Positions 1 through 10,039 of a stretch of DNA of 37,373 bases are shown here, one piece after another (the first letter of the stretch is position 1; every line of letters begins with the position of its first letter). The position numbers were made by a program, and so were the translations under genes. The stretch is from a virus (Duplodnaviria; Caudoviricetes), in IMG/VR virus record IMGVR_UViG_3300010263_000153, positions 1-37,373 of that record; one strand, 5' to 3'. Under the pieces are notes generated by a model. It saw only the letters and a program-made list of their open reading frames with translations. It made no database searches and was not told where the DNA came from.

Positions 1-1422
1 TCATGGGTAAGGTATATATCCCCATTTGCCATCCAGGCAAACAGCCGCCATACCCTCCTTATAGCTGCTAACTTCACTATACTTACATTCTACAACCGTG
101 TTTCCCTCTTTATCAATAAAGCCCCATTTCCCTGTTTCGCTGTCGCCGATGTTTACTGCCGCATAACCTTCGTTAAAATCATATGCAGAAAAGTAATGGA
201 GTGGAGTGATTTCGCGCCCGGTTTTGTCAATAAATCCCCATTCACCAACTTGATCCGAATTCATGCAAACCCTTGCCATACCTTCTATAAAGCTGAAGGC
301 CCATCCGTATTTAGGGTTTATAACAAGTATTCCATTTTTGTTAATAAATCCATATTTACCGTTTACTTTTACACTTGACATTCCTTCTTTAAAATACCAA
401 ATTCCATCGTAATAAATCGGTTGCACAATGATTTTTCCGCTTTTGTCAATCACGCCGTATTTTCCGTGATCCATTTTAAACCATGCTAAGCCTTCGGAAA
501 AACTTGGGATTATTCCCGAAATAGCATACTCATTAACACAAGGAATAACCTCGTTGCCGGACAAATCTAAAAATCCCCATTGTGACCCGACACTGGCTGC
601 TACCAAACCTTCGGATACATCGCCAAACGTTGAATACTTGCCTTCCGGCACAACGTCTTTACCCGTTTTATCTATTATTTTAAAATTTCCTTGCTCTGTA
701 ATGACGATCGCAACACCTTCTTGAAATCTAAACTTCTCGACATAAGAATACTGACAGGGAATAACCTCAGTACCCGTTTTGTCAATAAAGCCCCATTTGC
801 TGTTTATGTATTCCACCTCGCCCAATTCGTCTTCGGGTGGTATATATAACTCTCCGCCGTTCGCAACAGCTGCCATTCCTTCGCTGAAAGAACTCACCCG
901 ATCGTATTTCGGAGGAACAACTTCTCTGCCGGTTGTATCAATGAACCCCCATTTCGTCCCCAATTTAACCGCAGCCATTCCTTCGGCGAAAATAAAGGCA
1001 TCATCATATTTGCATGGAACAATCTCTTTACCGGTCTTATCAACAAAGCCGTATTTACCATTTTGACAAACTACTGCTAAGCCGTCCGTAAAGGCGGAAG
1101 TCCTTATTCCACGCATAGTGCCCAAGTAGCCAATCCATTCATACTTCAATGGAATAACGATTTCACCGGTTTTGTCAATATACCCCAGCTTGTCATCTAT
1201 GCAAACTGCGGCTAAACCTTCTGAAAAATCCTCCGCCCGATCGTATTGATGTGCAATAGGGGCTAACTTCGTTTCTTGAACCTGCGAGGACGAATCGACC
1301 GTTTCTTGAACCTGCGAGTACGAAGCACCTTCACTTTGCGCGGTTTCATTGCTGTTTTCCGAACAAGAAAATAAAAAAGAAGAGATTAAAAAAATCGAAA
1401 CAAAAAACGATACTTTGCGCAT
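1..1422 (-). CDS. WG-repeat (KWG / WG beta-repeat) lipoprotein, host gene
   Basis: 473 aa; hydrophobic N-terminus with lipobox-like LFSC; many repeats of F.EG.A.V....KWGFIDKTG. Confidence 0.88.
   Translation of the reverse strand: MRKVSFFVSIFLISSFLFSCSENSNETAQSEGASYSQVQETVDSSSQVQETKLAPIAHQYDRAEDFSEGLAAVCIDDKLGYIDKTGEIVIPLKYEWIGYLGTMRGIRTSAFTDGLAVVCQNGKYGFVDKTGKEIVPCKYDDAFIFAEGMAAVKLGTKWGFIDTTGREVVPPKYDRVSSFSEGMAAVANGGELYIPPEDELGEVEYINSKWGFIDKTGTEVIPCQYSYVEKFRFQEGVAIVITEQGNFKIIDKTGKDVVPEGKYSTFGDVSEGLVAASVGSQWGFLDLSGNEVIPCVNEYAISGIIPSFSEGLAWFKMDHGKYGVIDKSGKIIVQPIYYDGIWYFKEGMSSVKVNGKYGFINKNGILVINPKYGWAFSFIEGMARVCMNSDQVGEWGFIDKTGREITPLHYFSAYDFNEGYAAVNIGDSETGKWGFIDKEGNTVVECKYSEVSSYKEGMAAVCLDGKWGYIPYP
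1270..1324. repeat. 30-bp-period tandem duplication in the lipoprotein linker (SQVQET x2)
   Basis: cgtttcttgaacctgcgagNacgaa at 1270-1294 and 1300-1324, one mismatch. Confidence 0.85.
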
Positions 1423-1538
1423 GAGTTTCCCTCTTAAATTTTCAAATATTTACTTCTCTACAGCAATAGTGGGCAAATCTGCGCAAATAGTTTCAGGAAA
1501 ATAAAAAAGAACGCAGACTGTTCGTCAATAAAATGTAC

Positions 1539-1568
1539 GCCCCGTTCTCCCTATTGGAAAACGGGGCA
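1539..1568 (-). terminator. putative terminator hairpin between the two host genes
   Basis: gccccgttctcc...ggaaaacggggc imperfect inverted repeat downstream of the epimerase gene. Confidence 0.4.
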
Positions 1569-1724
1569 AAGAACCCTATTTTGCCTGCGTACGAAAGCAA
1601 TTTGCTGCCGGAATCGCGCAGTTTACTTTATCTTGCAATCCGTTATTTTATGCTTTCCGCATGGTTTCTTCATAAATTAATTCGAACCACGCCTCAAGCG
1701 GCATTTTGCTTGTTTCAAGACACG

Positions 1725-2744
1725 CTATTCTCCCTTCATGTCGATCGCGTCGCTCTTTCCGTCAAGGATTTCAGCGCACAGGCGCATGGATTCGCCGATG
1801 GCGGCGTCGATGTCGTCTTCGGTCACGCCCAGCTTCTCGCAGCCGAGAGATTTGTCGATATAGGTTTCTGCGCACATTACGTCGGTAAACTTGACCATGT
1901 GAAGCCCGCCCTCATGTCCTGCCTTCTTCTGCTTGGACATAATCTGCCTTGCGCCCAAAGCGTACATCCAGTTCGGAATCGTCCTTATCTTTTTCTCCGG
2001 ACAGCCGAGATGCTTTTTAGCAATCGTCAAAAACTCTACCCACGTCATATTGTACCAGCCGATCGGATAGCAGTTTCCGCCTTTATTGAGCGTCAACGCG
2101 TTTGCGAGCGCTTGTCCGACCTGCCGCACAGTGACCATGGTTGTGCCGCCCTTGGGATACATGATAGAGCCCTTGGCGGAGCGTATCATTTCCGCAATGA
2201 ACATCCAGACGGGTTTGCGGCCCTTTTGCGAACCGAAAATATAGGGAAGTTCCAGCACCGCAACATCGAAGTTTTCATCAGCGAATGACAGTGCCATATT
2301 CTCCTGGTCTACGCGGGAACGGATATACGGATGCCACCGGCAAAGCTCCTTCTCCGGCCATATCTTGGCAAAATAAGAGAAGTATGAACCGCAGATGGCA
2401 ACATGCTTCACGCCGCATTCTTTCGCGATCCGCAGAAGTCGTTCCAAAGGTGTAATGTTGTACTTTTTGAACATCTCATAGATGGGCGCCGGCCCCTCTA
2501 CGCGCTCGTCCACGCCGGCCGCAAAAACAAAGCCCTCGCAGCCGTCAAAGTACTGCCGAATCTGGTCGTCGCTCAGATCAAGATAGCTGCCGAACTCTAT
2601 TTTCATTTCCGGCGGCAAATCCGCGCCTACGGGGATCGGCGGCAGCGCCAGCGAAACAACCTCATGCCCCGACGCAATAAGCTGCTTTGCGCACGCACTG
2701 CCCAATAGCCCTGTTCCGCCAATTAAAAACACCTTCATGTTCAT
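1725..2744 (-). CDS. NAD-dependent epimerase/dehydratase (extended SDR family), host gene
   Basis: 339 aa; Rossmann motif VFLIGGTGLLG; YxxxR (YIRSR) at the usual YxxxK position; reverse complement of ctccttt (AAAGGAG) gives an SD upstream. Confidence 0.85.
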   Translation of the reverse strand: MNMKVFLIGGTGLLGSACAKQLIASGHEVVSLALPPIPVGADLPPEMKIEFGSYLDLSDDQIRQYFDGCEGFVFAAGVDERVEGPAPIYEMFKKYNITPLERLLRIAKECGVKHVAICGSYFSYFAKIWPEKELCRWHPYIRSRVDQENMALSFADENFDVAVLELPYIFGSQKGRKPVWMFIAEMIRSAKGSIMYPKGGTTMVTVRQVGQALANALTLNKGGNCYPIGWYNMTWVEFLTIAKKHLGCPEKKIRTIPNWMYALGARQIMSKQKKAGHEGGLHMVKFTDVMCAETYIDKSLGCEKLGVTEDDIDAAIGESMRLCAEILDGKSDAIDMKGE

Positions 2745-3000
2745 TGCTCCTTTTCATAGAATTATTGATAAGGAAGTATCTGCAAATAGTATAACACAAA
2801 TATTTTGATTATTCAAACAATAATCATATAATATTATTCATATTTTAAATTTTATCATTGGCTCGCTTACAAAGGCTGGCAGTTCATGCGCATGATTTTT
2901 CTTTATCATATTCGGTGTTGTCTTGGTTTTCAAGATATACATCCTAACAATAGACAAACTGTGTAAAAAGTTAAACTGTCATACTTCATGCAGATATAGT

Positions 3001-3025
3001 AAAAACCTCCGGTAAAGCCGGAGGT
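3001..3025 (-). terminator. intrinsic terminator-like hairpin at the left prophage junction
   Basis: acctccgg-taaag-ccggaggt (3005-3025) with an A run on its left, i.e. a U tail on the minus strand. Confidence 0.6.
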
Positions 3026-3031
3026 ACTTTC

Positions 3032-3052
3032 GTGTTGCATTTTGTGCTGCAT
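3032..3052. repeat. direct repeat gtgYtgcat x2, possible integrase arm-type sites
   Basis: gtgttgcat 3032-3040 and gtgctgcat 3044-3052, 12-bp period, just left of the truncated polymerase. Confidence 0.4.
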
Positions 3053-3066
3053 AGTGTGCGAACATA

Positions 3067-4959
3067 ATGAGCCCCGACTTTGAGATCCTGCTCTTTGCCT
3101 ATTCCCTGGACGGTGGCCCGGTTACGTGCATTGACCTTGCGCAAGGTGAAATACTGCCTCAATGGCTGTTAGACGCCATTACTTCCCCGGACTATATAAA
3201 GCACGCCTATAACGCACCGTTTGAGTGGGGCTGCTTGTCAAAATACCTTGGCAGGCAGCTCCCTCCGGAGCAATGGCGCTGCACCATGTTCCACGGTTTG
3301 TATGCCGGCTATACGGCCGGCCTGGACGTCACAGGGCGCGCTTATAAGCGTAAGCTGAATACCGGTAAAGCTCTTATACGTTATTTCTGCGTGCCCTGCG
3401 CCCCTACAAAGGCCAACGGCGGCCGCACAAGAAACTTGCCTCGACATGATCCGGATAAGTGGGCCCTTTTCAAAGAGTATTGCTGCCAGGATGTTGTAAC
3501 CGAGATGGAAATTGAGCGGCGCTTGTCTGCAGTACCGGTGCCGGACTTCGTGCAAAAGGAGTGGGAAACAGATCTCATTATCAACGCCAGAGGCGTGGCG
3601 GTAGATATGGACCTTGTAAACGGCGCTCTTGAGATTGGTGCCACCGTGCGTAATAACCTTATGGAGGAGGCCATGCGAATATCCGGCCTCAACAATCCAA
3701 ACAGTGTGCGCCAGCTCTCAGCATGGCTTGAGGAGGAAACCGGCGAGGAAATAAGCGCCTTGCGTAAGGACACCGTGGCTAAAATGCTTGAGAGGAACGA
3801 CAACAGCCCACAGGTGCAGCGTATGCTTGAGATCCGACAAGAGCTTGGCAAGACGAGCACCAAAAAATATGACGCCATAGAGGCTGCTGTTTGTGCAGAC
3901 GGCCGAGTGCGGGGGCTCTTACAGTTTTACGGCGCCAACCGCACCGGCAGATGGGCTGGGCGCCTGGTACAGGTACAAAATTTACCACGTACTTATACAG
4001 AGCCGTTGGAGCTCGCCAGGGACCTTGTAAAAGCCCGCAATATAAATGCCCTTAAAGTTATATACGACAGCGTGCCGGACACGCTCAGCCAGCTCATACG
4101 CACCGCTTTTATTGCTCCTCCGGGGCACATTCTCATTGACGCGGATTTTTCGGCCATTGAGGCCCGCGTAATATCCTGGCTCGCCGGCGAGGAGTGGCGC
4201 CTTGAGGTGTTTAGGACCCACGGCAAAATATATGAGGCCTCTGCCTCGCAAATGTTTGGCGTGCCGCTGGAGCTTATCAAAAAAGGCAACCCGGAGTATG
4301 CGTTGCGCCAAAAAGGCAAGGTTGCGGAGCTGGCCCTTGGCTACCAGGGCAGCACCGGAGCGCTGATTGCAATGGGCGCGCTTGATATGGGCCTAAGCGA
4401 GGATGAGCTCCCGGACATTGTAAACCGGTGGCGTGACGCCAACAAACGCATACGGGATCTGTGGTACAAAATGGACGCTGCAGCCGTCCAGGTTATTACG
4501 CAAGGTGGCAGCGTGGGCGTGAACAATGTGCTACTTTCGCATGAATTTAATTACAGCCAGGGCACAGACTACATGACCATTACATTACCCTCCGGGCGCA
4601 AACTATTCTACATTGAGCCGCGTATCGGTCAAAACCAATGGGACAACCCCTCAATATCTTACATGGGTATGGACCAGACCACAAAAAAGTGGAAACGCAT
4701 TGAAACCTACGGCGGTAAGCTCGTGGAAAATTGCGTGCAGGCCATTGCTCGTGACTGCCTGGCACAGGCCATAGAACGCCTGGAGGCTGCAGGCTTGCCG
4801 GTGGTGTTTCATGTGCATGACGAGGTTGTTATTGACTGCGACCCCAACACTGCGACCCTGGAGGACGTTGTAAATATTATGGCTCAGCCCATACCATGGG
4901 CGCCGGATCTGCCCCTCGGGGCCGATGGCTGGGTGGGGCAATTCTTTAGAAAGGACTGA
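3067..4959 (+). pseudogene. phage family A DNA polymerase, 5'-truncated
   Basis: motif A ADFSAIEARV, motif B RQKGKVAELALGY, motif C HVHDE; begins at SPDFEILL with no Exo I (DxET) motif, no SD, and an in-frame TAG at 3052. Confidence 0.85.
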
Positions 4960-4963
4960 GGAA

Positions 4964-5377
4964 ATGGAAATAGGCGCAAAAATCAAAGCTGCCCGGAAAA
5001 CCGCGGGTTTAACACAAAAACAATTATGCGATTTACTCGGTGTTCATCAAACAGCAGTTAGCCAGTGGGAAATTGGAGCAACGCAGCCGTCCATTGAACT
5101 TTTGTATAAGCTCCTTGCGGCCTTGGATTTAACCTTTGAGGAGTTAATAAACGGACAAGGCCAACTACTCGGAAACTTAACCTATTCGCAAAAAATAATA
5201 TCGGCTCTGCGTGATGATGGTAAAAAGAGCCTCTCATATAAAAATCCGACTGAATTAACGCCCGATGAACTACACCAAATTATGCGGGTATATGTTTGCC
5301 TCAATGAGTGTTATTTGCCTTGGTTAAAATGCGTAATGGTTAAGCACTTTCAAGACGTAAAGGAGGTAAAGGCGTGA
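4964..5377 (+). CDS. XRE-family helix-turn-helix protein
   Basis: IKAARKTAGLTQKQLCDLLGVHQTAVSQWEIG; ATG 4964 after gagg. Confidence 0.8.
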   Translation: MEIGAKIKAARKTAGLTQKQLCDLLGVHQTAVSQWEIGATQPSIELLYKLLAALDLTFEELINGQGQLLGNLTYSQKIISALRDDGKKSLSYKNPTELTPDELHQIMRVYVCLNECYLPWLKCVMVKHFQDVKEVKA

Positions 5378-5631
5378 TACTACAGCAGCTTATGGGCTGT
5401 GTTAAATATGGCACATTATGCCGCATTATTGATGTCGATACCAAAGATGTTATATTCAATAAAACATGGGGTTGGGGGTTTTACGCAGAAACGCAGTTTT
5501 CCGAGCGCCAGCTTTGTGCAGAAATAATCTCGATTTCAACCCGAGATGGTACGCTCTGTATTGAGGCTCTGGTTGGTAAGGACTGGACGAAAAATCGCGC
5601 GTGTCGTAAGGCTCTCGGGTGTAAAGATTAA
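5374..5631 (+). CDS. hypothetical phage protein
   Basis: GTG start after aggagg SD; GTGA overlap with the upstream stop. Confidence 0.65.
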   Translation: MILQQLMGCVKYGTLCRIIDVDTKDVIFNKTWGWGFYAETQFSERQLCAEIISISTRDGTLCIEALVGKDWTKNRACRKALGCKD

Positions 5632-5654
5632 GAGTTTAGAAAGGAGGCGGGCGT

Positions 5655-6145
5655 ATGATATGGCAACTGTCAAACCGAGCGGATCCAAAAACCCGCGAAA
5701 TTGCGGACAGGCATTACAACAGGCAAAAGCCAGGTACACCACAATTTGTACCTCCGGGGCGTTGTCTTGTGCTCTACACCGAAACAAAAACAGGAAAAGC
5801 CTTTTGGGTTACTTCATGGCCGTTTGCTGAATATGTCAAACACGCCTGGCCCGGTGCGTGGGTGTGCTCGGCTTTTCGTAATGAGGGTGCAGGGATCGCC
5901 TCCAACATGATTAGAGATGCAATAGCCGCGACAAAAGCCTTTTATGGTGGCCCCCTCCCCTCGGAATGATTACCTTCATTGACACAAAAAAAGTTAAGCC
6001 AACTATGGTGCACGGTACACCTACTTGGGGCCGCACCTTTGAGCTCGCCGGTTTTAGGCCGGTTGGAAAAACAAAAAGCGGTTTACTGGCTTTTCAAATA
6101 CTGCCAGAGGATATGCCGCCAGCAGAGGAGGCACGGCAAGGATGA
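5655..6145 (+). pseudogene. frameshifted phage protein, possibly a Mom-like/GNAT-fold DNA-modifying enzyme
   Basis: strong SD; ORF stops at 5969 but the -1 frame after the C5 run (5951-5955) continues GMITFIDTKKVKP...AGFRPVGKTKSGL to TGA 6145, which overlaps the next ATG. The function is inference. Confidence 0.6.
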
Positions 6146-6703
6146 TACCCTTTCCAGATGGAAAATTCAGCGTGATATACGCGGATCCGCCTTGGCGGTA
6201 TCAAGATAAAGGTTGTAACGGCAATGCTGCGGACCACTACCCCACAATGAGCGTGGAGGAAATATGCGCGCTACCAGTGCAGGAGCTGGCAGCTGATGAT
6301 TGCGTACTCTTTATGTGGGCCACTTACCCCATGCTCAAAGAGGCCTTAAAAGTTATAGAGGCATGGGGCTTTAAGTACAAGAGCATTGCCTTTCAGTGGA
6401 TAAGCAAAACCGCAGCGGTAACGGTTACTTTTTTGGCCTTGGCCGTTGGACCAGGGGCAATACGGAACCATGCCTCTTAGCCGTAAAAGGTAAACCGCGC
6501 CGCAAAAGCGCAAGCGTGAGCCAGCTTGTATTTTCACCATTGCGCGATCACTCCCAAAAGCCGGATGTTGTCCGCGACAAGATCATGGAGCTGATGGGGG
6601 GGATCAGTCATACATAGAGCTTTTTGCAAGAAATACAGCACCGGGCTGGACGGCCTGGGGAAATGAGGTGCATAAATATGAACAAGCAGCACGCAAAGGC
6701 TGA
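6142..6703 (+). pseudogene. MT-A70-family adenine methyltransferase with two frameshifts
   Basis: YADPPW in frame 1, HSQKP in frame 2, IELFAR..GW..WGNE in frame 3; frame changes at ~6402 (AA for AAA) and in the G7 run 6596-6602. Confidence 0.88.
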
Positions 6704-6977
6704 CGCCGGAAAGCCACGCCTCAGCCTCGTGCCGACCGATATAATAACGGCTATTGCCAGAGTGCGGGAATACGGCAACGCAAAATATGGCGATCCGGCT
6801 AATTGGAAACAGGTTGAGCCAGAAAGGTATAGGGTTGCCGCCTTTCGGCACCTGCTCGCATACATTAAGGATCCCAGCAGTAAAGACGAGGAAAGCGGGC
6901 TGCCGCACCTGTGGCACCTGGCCTGCAACGTGGCATTTTTAATAGCTATGGAGGTGCAAGACGATGGCAAAAGTTAA
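6678..6977 (+). CDS. dATP/dGTP diphosphohydrolase domain protein (DUF5664-like)
   Basis: KADAGKPRLSLVP...YGNAKY..NW...DEESGLPHLWHLACNVAFL; ATG 6678 after gaggtg. Confidence 0.78.
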   Translation: MNKQHAKADAGKPRLSLVPTDIITAIARVREYGNAKYGDPANWKQVEPERYRVAAFRHLLAYIKDPSSKDEESGLPHLWHLACNVAFLIAMEVQDDGKS

Positions 6978-8136
6978 GTTATACATAGCCGGCAAGATTA
7001 CCGGCGATCCAGAATATAAAGCCAAATTTGATGCGGCACAGAGAGAGTATGAAAAACAGGGTTATACCGTGCTCAATCCCTCCTGGATGCCGCAGGGCTT
7101 ACAGCCAGCAGACTATATGCGTATGTGCTTTGCAATGATTGACACCGCGGATGTTGTGCAGGGCAAATGGGATAAGGTGCCGCGCCTTGATACCCTGTTT
7201 ATTGATTACCTGGGCGCAAAGGACACGGCCTATAACCGTGCTATTACCCGCAAGGCCTTTACAGCGGCCGTGGCCAGAGCTATGACGCCGGGGTGCAAGT
7301 ATGACAATATGGTGATTTTGTCCGGCCCCCAGGGCATAGGAAAAAGCACCCTTTTGGATAAAATGAGCCGAGGCTGGTTTAATGACAGCATACGCACGTT
7401 TGAGGGCAAAGAGGCCTCGGAGCTGTTGCAGGGCGTGTGGATGGTGGAAGTGTCCGAGCTGGACGCTTTCCGGCGCACGGACGTTGCCCGCATTAAACAG
7501 TTTTTGAGCCTCCGGGCCGATCGTTTTCGCGCGGCCTACGGCCGAAACGTCAAAGAGCTGCCCCGCTCATGTGTATTTTTCGGCACAACCAACACCTCAG
7601 ACTTTCTGCAGGACACCACCGGTAACCGCCGTTTTTGGCCAATAGACGTTGGCGAGCAACGCCGTACAAAAAGCGTATGGCGCGACCTTGACGCCGAAAT
7701 TGATCAGATCTGGGCCGAGGCAGTTATGCGCTGGCAGTGCGGCGAGCCGCTATACCTCAGCGGAGCGATCGAGGAGGACGCAAAAATTAAACAAGAGGAG
7801 CACCGTGAGGCATCCAGCCGGGAGGGTGTTGTGCGTGAATTCCTGGAGCGCAAAGTGCCGGACGATTGGAATAAATGGCCGCTTGATAAGCGCCGTATGT
7901 TTTGGGCCGGCGCTGTGCAGGGCGATATACGCCTTGTGGAGCGGGATCGCGTATGCGCGCTTGAGGTATGGTGTGAGGCGCTGGGCGGTCAAATAAAGGA
8001 AATGAAAAACGCGGACACCCGAGAGATCAACGCAATTATTGCAGCAACACCAGGGTGGGAAAAATCCACGAGCACCTTGTATTTTGGGCCTCATGGAACG
8101 CAGCGCGGATTTATCCGTTCTAACATTTCCATCTAA
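6964..8136 (+). pseudogene. in-frame fusion of a DUF4406-like N-terminus (~65 aa) to the C-terminal part of a VirE (virulence-associated E) helicase
   Basis: YIAGKITG...VLNP...YMRMCFAMID followed abruptly by WDKVPRLDTLFIDYLGA; Walker A GPQGIGKS; GTTN..FLQDTTGNRRFWP. Confidence 0.8.
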
Positions 8137-8386
8137 CATTTAATTTTCGGTGTAAAAATGTTAGATTTCGTTTTCTAACATTTTTACACGATAAACAGGG
8201 TTTTGTTAGAATGTTAGAAACTTTGTTTAACCGAAAAACCGCATAAAATAAGGCTTTTTTAGATTTTCTAACATTCTAACATTTATTATTATTAACTATT
8301 ACAAAATAGAGAATTAGAGAGTAAAAATACTCTCAAACCGCCTGCGTGGCGCACATACGCGCGTACGCGCGCGAGAAAATGTTAGG
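8119..8386. repeat. iteron-rich non-coding element copy 1, putative replication origin
   Basis: 8 perfect TCTAACA/TGTTAGA heptamers (8119, 8132, 8159, 8174, 8204, 8212, 8267, 8275) plus a near match at 8380; AT-rich tract; directly after virE. Confidence 0.8.
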
Positions 8387-8395
8387 AGGCTTAAA

Positions 8396-10039
8396 ATGCT
8401 TGAAAAAGAAATTGAGCGCCGTCTGGTGCAAATGGTAAAACAGCGCGGCGGCCTATGCTATAAATTTGTAAGCCCCGCAAACCCTGGTGTGCCGGATAGG
8501 ATCATAATCACGCCAACCGGTCACGTGATATTTGTTGAATTGAAAACCGAAATTGGACGCCTTGCGAAAATTCAGCAATGGCAAGTAAGCGAAATGCGGA
8601 AACGTGGGGCCGATGTTCGGGTTGTTAAAGGGTGGCCTGCTGTCAAGGCCTTAATTGAGGAGGTTATGCCGGATAATTACCAGGTGTATTGCATACAGCG
8701 GATTGTAAACGATCCCGCGGTTGGCTTGTTCCTCCGGCCGGGCCTTGGCAAGACCTCAATAACGCTGTCCGCGATCAATATTCTGCGGTACTTCAAATGG
8801 AGTATACACAAGGCTTTGGTTGTGGCACCTAAAAAGGTTGCTGAGGGTACATGGAGCAAGGAGGCCTCAAAGTGGGATCACTTAAAGCACCTCCGTGTTG
8901 TTACGGTCCTTGGGACGCAGACACAGCGTATAAGAGCGCTTAACACGCCGGCAGACGTGTATGTTATCAACCGCGACAATATACCCTGGCTGGTTGACTA
9001 CTATAAACAGGCCTGGCCGTTTGACATGGTGGTGCTGGACGAAAGCACCAGCTTTAAGAACGGTAGGAGTAAGCGCTTTAAGGCAATGAAACTGGTACGC
9101 CGGTTTTGCAAAAAGGTTGTCCTGCTTACCGGCACGCCGTCCTCCCAGGGGCTTGAGAACCTTTGGGCGCAGGTGTATTTGCTTGACGAGGGCCAGCGGC
9201 TTGGCAAGACCCTTACGCAGTATCGGCAAATGTATTTTGAGCCGGACAAGCGTAACGCCACACAGATATGGAGTTATAAACCAAAGCAACACGCCGAGGA
9301 GGCCGTGCTTAATGCCATAAGTGATATATGCCTCACAATGAAAGCGGAGGACTACTTGGAATTACCGGACTGCATAGATCATGAGATCCCGGTTATGTTG
9401 GACGATAAAACCCTCAAGGCCTATAACCAATTTGAGCGGGATCTGCTGCTTGAAGTGGACGAGGGCGTTATTACGGCTGCCGCGGCGGGCGTGCTTACCA
9501 ACAAGCTGCTACAATTTTGCAGTGGGGTGATCTATGACGATACCCGGCAGGTTATACATATACACGATTGCAAGCTGGATGCCTACATGGAGCTTTTAGA
9601 GCAGATAAGCGGCGAGCCGTGCATTACTTTTTACGGCTTTCAACATGATCGTGATCGGATCCTTGCCGCTCTTTCCAAAACGCCGTTGCGGGTCCGCGTA
9701 TACAAGGACACAAAAGATGAGGACGATTGGAACGCCGGCAGCATTGACGTGTTACTTGTACACCCGTCCAGCTGCGCCTACGGCCTTAACCTGCAGGCCG
9801 GCGGCCGACACATTATCTGGTTTACGCCAAATTGGAGCTTTGAGCTTAACGACCAGGGCAGGTGCCGGCTGTGGCGGCAGGGCTCCCCTTACGACAAAAT
9901 TTATAATCATTTCCTTGTGGTACAGGGCTGCGTGGATGAGGATGTCATGGCCGCCATAAAAGAGCGGGCAAATACGCATGAAACCGTTATGAACGTACTT
10001 AAAGCGAGAATTAAAAAAGCAAAGGAGGCGGCGGTATGA
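8396..10039 (+). CDS. VRR-NUC nuclease fused to an SNF2-like helicase
   Basis: N-terminal GVPDRII...FVELK; then PGLGKT, VLDES, LTGTP and GLNLQ helicase motifs. Confidence 0.85.
   Translation: MLEKEIERRLVQMVKQRGGLCYKFVSPANPGVPDRIIITPTGHVIFVELKTEIGRLAKIQQWQVSEMRKRGADVRVVKGWPAVKALIEEVMPDNYQVYCIQRIVNDPAVGLFLRPGLGKTSITLSAINILRYFKWSIHKALVVAPKKVAEGTWSKEASKWDHLKHLRVVTVLGTQTQRIRALNTPADVYVINRDNIPWLVDYYKQAWPFDMVVLDESTSFKNGRSKRFKAMKLVRRFCKKVVLLTGTPSSQGLENLWAQVYLLDEGQRLGKTLTQYRQMYFEPDKRNATQIWSYKPKQHAEEAVLNAISDICLTMKAEDYLELPDCIDHEIPVMLDDKTLKAYNQFERDLLLEVDEGVITAAAAGVLTNKLLQFCSGVIYDDTRQVIHIHDCKLDAYMELLEQISGEPCITFYGFQHDRDRILAALSKTPLRVRVYKDTKDEDDWNAGSIDVLLVHPSSCAYGLNLQAGGRHIIWFTPNWSFELNDQGRCRLWRQGSPYDKIYNHFLVVQGCVDEDVMAAIKERANTHETVMNVLKARIKKAKEAAV

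Noticed and set aside
1533-2288. 251-aa plus-strand ORF and the many other antisense or nested ORFs in the track
   Set aside because: Shadow frames of well-supported genes, with no motifs or SD.
3005-3068. IS200/IS605 end hairpin or dif half-site at the left junction
   Set aside because: No transposase or second IS end is present; gcgaacataat has no matching XerD arm; terminator plus arm repeats fits better.
8119-8386. TCTAACA repeats as a CRISPR array, or the two copies as attL/attR
   Set aside because: Repeats are 7 bp, in both orientations and irregularly spaced, with no cas genes; phage genes continue outside both copies.
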